From assembly GCF_009914755.1 (NCBI RefSeq), contig NC_060927.1: a stretch of 64,000 nt of DNA; one strand, written 5' to 3'. The notes under the pieces were generated by a model. The model was not told the origin of the DNA. It did not search any database and saw only the letters and a program-made list of their open reading frames with translations. The DNA comes from the human T2T-CHM13v2.0 reference genome, Homo sapiens. This document shows, in pieces, positions 61,501 through 64,000 of the stretch (the first letter of the stretch is position 1; every line of letters starts with the position of its first letter). The translations under genes were made by a program, and so were the position numbers.

Positions 61501-64000
61501 ATATATTATATTAGGTACATAAAATATGAAAGTACATGAAGTATAGATTATATACTGTACATAAAATATCAAAGTACCCCAAATTTATATTATATACTAT
61601 ACATGAAATATCAAAGTTCACAAACTATATATTATATACTGTACATAAAATATCAAAGTACCCAAGGTATATATTCTATAGTGTACAAAAAATATCAAAG
61701 TACCCAAAGCATGTATTATATACCGTACGTAAAATATAAAATTACATCAAATATATATTTTATTCTGTACATAAAATATCAAAGTACACCAGATATATAT
61801 ACTATAGTGTACATAAAATATCAAAGTACCCAAACTATACATTATACACTGCACATAAAATATGAAATTACATCAAATATATATTAGGTACATAAAATAT
61901 GAAAGTACATCAAATATAGATTATATACTGTAAATATAATATCAATGTACCCCAAATATATATTTTATACTCTACATGAAATATCAAAGTTCACAAACCA
62001 TATATTATATACTGTAAATAAAATATCAAAGTACCCAAGGTATATATTCTATACTGTACAAAAAATATCAAAGTACCCAAAGCATGTATTATATACTGTA
62101 CATAAAATATGAAAGTACATCAAATATATATTTTATTCTGTACATAAAATATCAAAGTACACCACATATATATTCTATAGTGTACATAAAATAACAAAGT
62201 ACACAAACTATAAATTATATCCTGTACATAAAATATGAAATTACATCAAATATATATTAGGTACATAAAATATGAAAGTACATCAAATATAGATTATATA
62301 CTGTACATTAAGTACCAAAGTACACCAAATATATATTTTATTCTGTACATAAAATATCAAAGTACACCAGATATATATTCTATAGTGTACATAAAATATC
62401 AAAGTACCCAAACTATACATTATATACTGTACATAAAATATGAAATTACAGCAAATATATATTATATTAGGTACATAAAATACGAAAGTACATCAAATAT
62501 AGATTATATACTGTACATAAAATATGAAAGTACCCCAATATATATTATATACTCTACATGAAATATCAAAGTTCACAAACTATATATTATGTACTGTACA
62601 TAAAATATCAAACTACCCAAGGTATATATTCTATACTGTACAAAAAATATCAAAGTACCCAAAGCATGTATTATATAATGTAAATAAAATAGGAAAGTAC
62701 ATCAAATATATATTTTATTCTGTACATAAAATATCAAAGAACACCAGATATATATTCTATAGTGTACATAAAATATCAAAGTACCCAAACTATACATTAT
62801 ATACTGTACATAAAATATGAAATTACATCATATATATATTAGGTACATAAAATATGAAAGTACATCAAATATATATTTTATTCTGTACATAAAATATCAA
62901 AGTACACCAGATATATATTCTATAGTGTACATAAAATAACAAAGTACACAAACTATAAAATATATACTGTACATAAAATATGAAATTACATCAAATATAT
63001 ATTAGGTACATAAAATATGAAAGTACATCAAATATAGATTATATACTGTACATATAATATCAGTGTACCCCAAATATATATTTTATACTCTACATGAAAT
63101 ATCAAAGTTCACAAACCATACATTATATACTTTCCATAAAATATCAAAGTACCCATGGCATATATTCTATACTGTACAAAAGATATCAAAGTACCCAAAG
63201 CATGTATTATATACTGTACATAAAATATGAAAGTACATCAAATATATATTTTATTCTGTACATAAAATATCAAAGTACACCAGATATATATTCTATAGTG
63301 TACATAAAATATCAAAGTACCCAAACTATATATTATATACTGTACATAAAATATGAAATTACATCAAATATGTATTATATTAGGTACATAAAATATGAAA
63401 GTACATCAAATATAGATTATATACCGTACATAAAATATCAAAGTACCACAAATATATATTATATACTATACATGAAATATCAAATATCACAAACTATATA
63501 TTATATACTGTACATAAAATATCAAAGTACCCAATGTATATATTCTATAGTGTACAAAAAATATCAAAGTACCCAAAGCATGTATTATATACTGTACATA
63601 AAATATAAAAGTACATCAAATATATATTTTATTCTGTACATAAAATATGAAAGTACACCAGATATATATTCTATAGTGTACATAAAATATCAAAGTACCC
63701 AAACTATACATTATATACGGTACATAAAATATGAAATTACATCAAATATATATTATATTAGGTACTTAAAATATGAAAGTACATCAAATATAGATTATAT
63801 ACTGTACATAAAATATCAAAGTACCCCAAATATATATTATATACTGTACATGAAATATCAAAGTTCACAACTATATATTATATACTGTAGATAAAATATC
63901 AAAGTCCCCAAGGTATATATTCTATACTGTACAAAAAATATCAAAGTACACAAAGGATGTATTATATACTGTACATAAAATATGAAATTACATCAAATAT

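Larger units (their letters stand above)
1..64000 (+). repeat. Human Satellite 1A (HSat1A / SAR) tandem array: 42-bp monomers in 378-bp 9-mer HORs; runs off both window ends
   Basis: Seen: continuous head-to-tail 42-bp units, e.g. ataaaatatcaaagtacccaaggtatatattctatactgtac. GTAC sites cut the unit into 17 bp (acataaaatatcaaagt) and 25 bp. The nine monomer types recur every 378 bp (126-aa period in the ORF track). GC is 81/378 in the consensus. About 1520 monomers by division. Knowledge: the 17+25 bp RsaI structure, 42-bp unit and 378-bp 9-mer are hallmarks of HSat1A. Confidence 0.96.

Noticed and set aside
19-63894. All ORFs in the six-frame track as protein-coding genes
   Set aside because: They are translations of the 42-bp satellite (14-aa period). 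Ends are set by recurrent indels and stop variants, and there is no domain or unique sequence.
1-64000. CRISPR-like array (conserved gtacataaaatat[c/g]aaagtac plus variable segment)
   Set aside because: The apparent spacers are homologous to each other and recur every nine units; there is no leader or cas gene.
1-64000. TATA-box-like tataaaa motifs and short palindromes (tgtaca, tatatattatata)
   Set aside because: Expected in a roughly 79% AT repeat; there is no promoter context and the stems are too short for stable structures.
1-64000. Alpha satellite, CENP-B boxes, HSat1B, HSat2/3, L1/Alu insertions or inversions
   Set aside because: I saw no 171-bp period, CATTC repeats, GC-rich or unique segments, or strand switch. 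A very short insertion could be missed by eye.
1-64000. Assignment to a specific chromosome
   Set aside because: HSat1A occurs on several chromosomes; alignment to a T2T assembly is needed.

Overview
The whole 64 kb window is one uninterrupted, single-orientation, AT-rich tandem satellite (about 21% GC in the consensus, hand count). The monomer is 42 bp, arranged as a 9-monomer, 378-bp higher-order repeat (HOR). Period, GTAC spacing (17+25 bp) and HOR match human classical Satellite 1A (HSat1A/SAR), known from large arrays on chr3, chr4 and acrocentric short arms; the chromosome cannot be assigned from the sequence alone. I see no genes, RNA genes, transposons, alpha satellite or CRISPR. The ORF track is an artefact of a 42-bp period with one stop-free frame. 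The real structure is hierarchical: recurrent HOR length variants (6-, 8-, 13-, 14-mers and 373/377-bp forms), local tandem amplifications (499, 913, 1291, 1880, 2840 and about 4.3-4.7 kb) and a degenerate colinear 25-28 kb macro-period. The most novel hypothesis is that the + strand carries about 6 perfect Pumilio response elements (UGUAHAUA) per HOR, so a sense transcript could be a very dense PUM ligand. This is inference and is not demonstrated. Monomer names used below: M1 atgaaatatcaaagttcacaaactatatattatatactgtac; M2 ..cccaaggt..ttct..; M3 aaaaaa..aagcatg..; M4 ..gaaagtacatc..ttttattc..; M5 ..caccagat..tagtg..; M6 ..caaactatacat..; M7 ..gaaattacatc..attagg..; M8 ..gaaagtacatc..tagat..; M9 ..ccccaaat..
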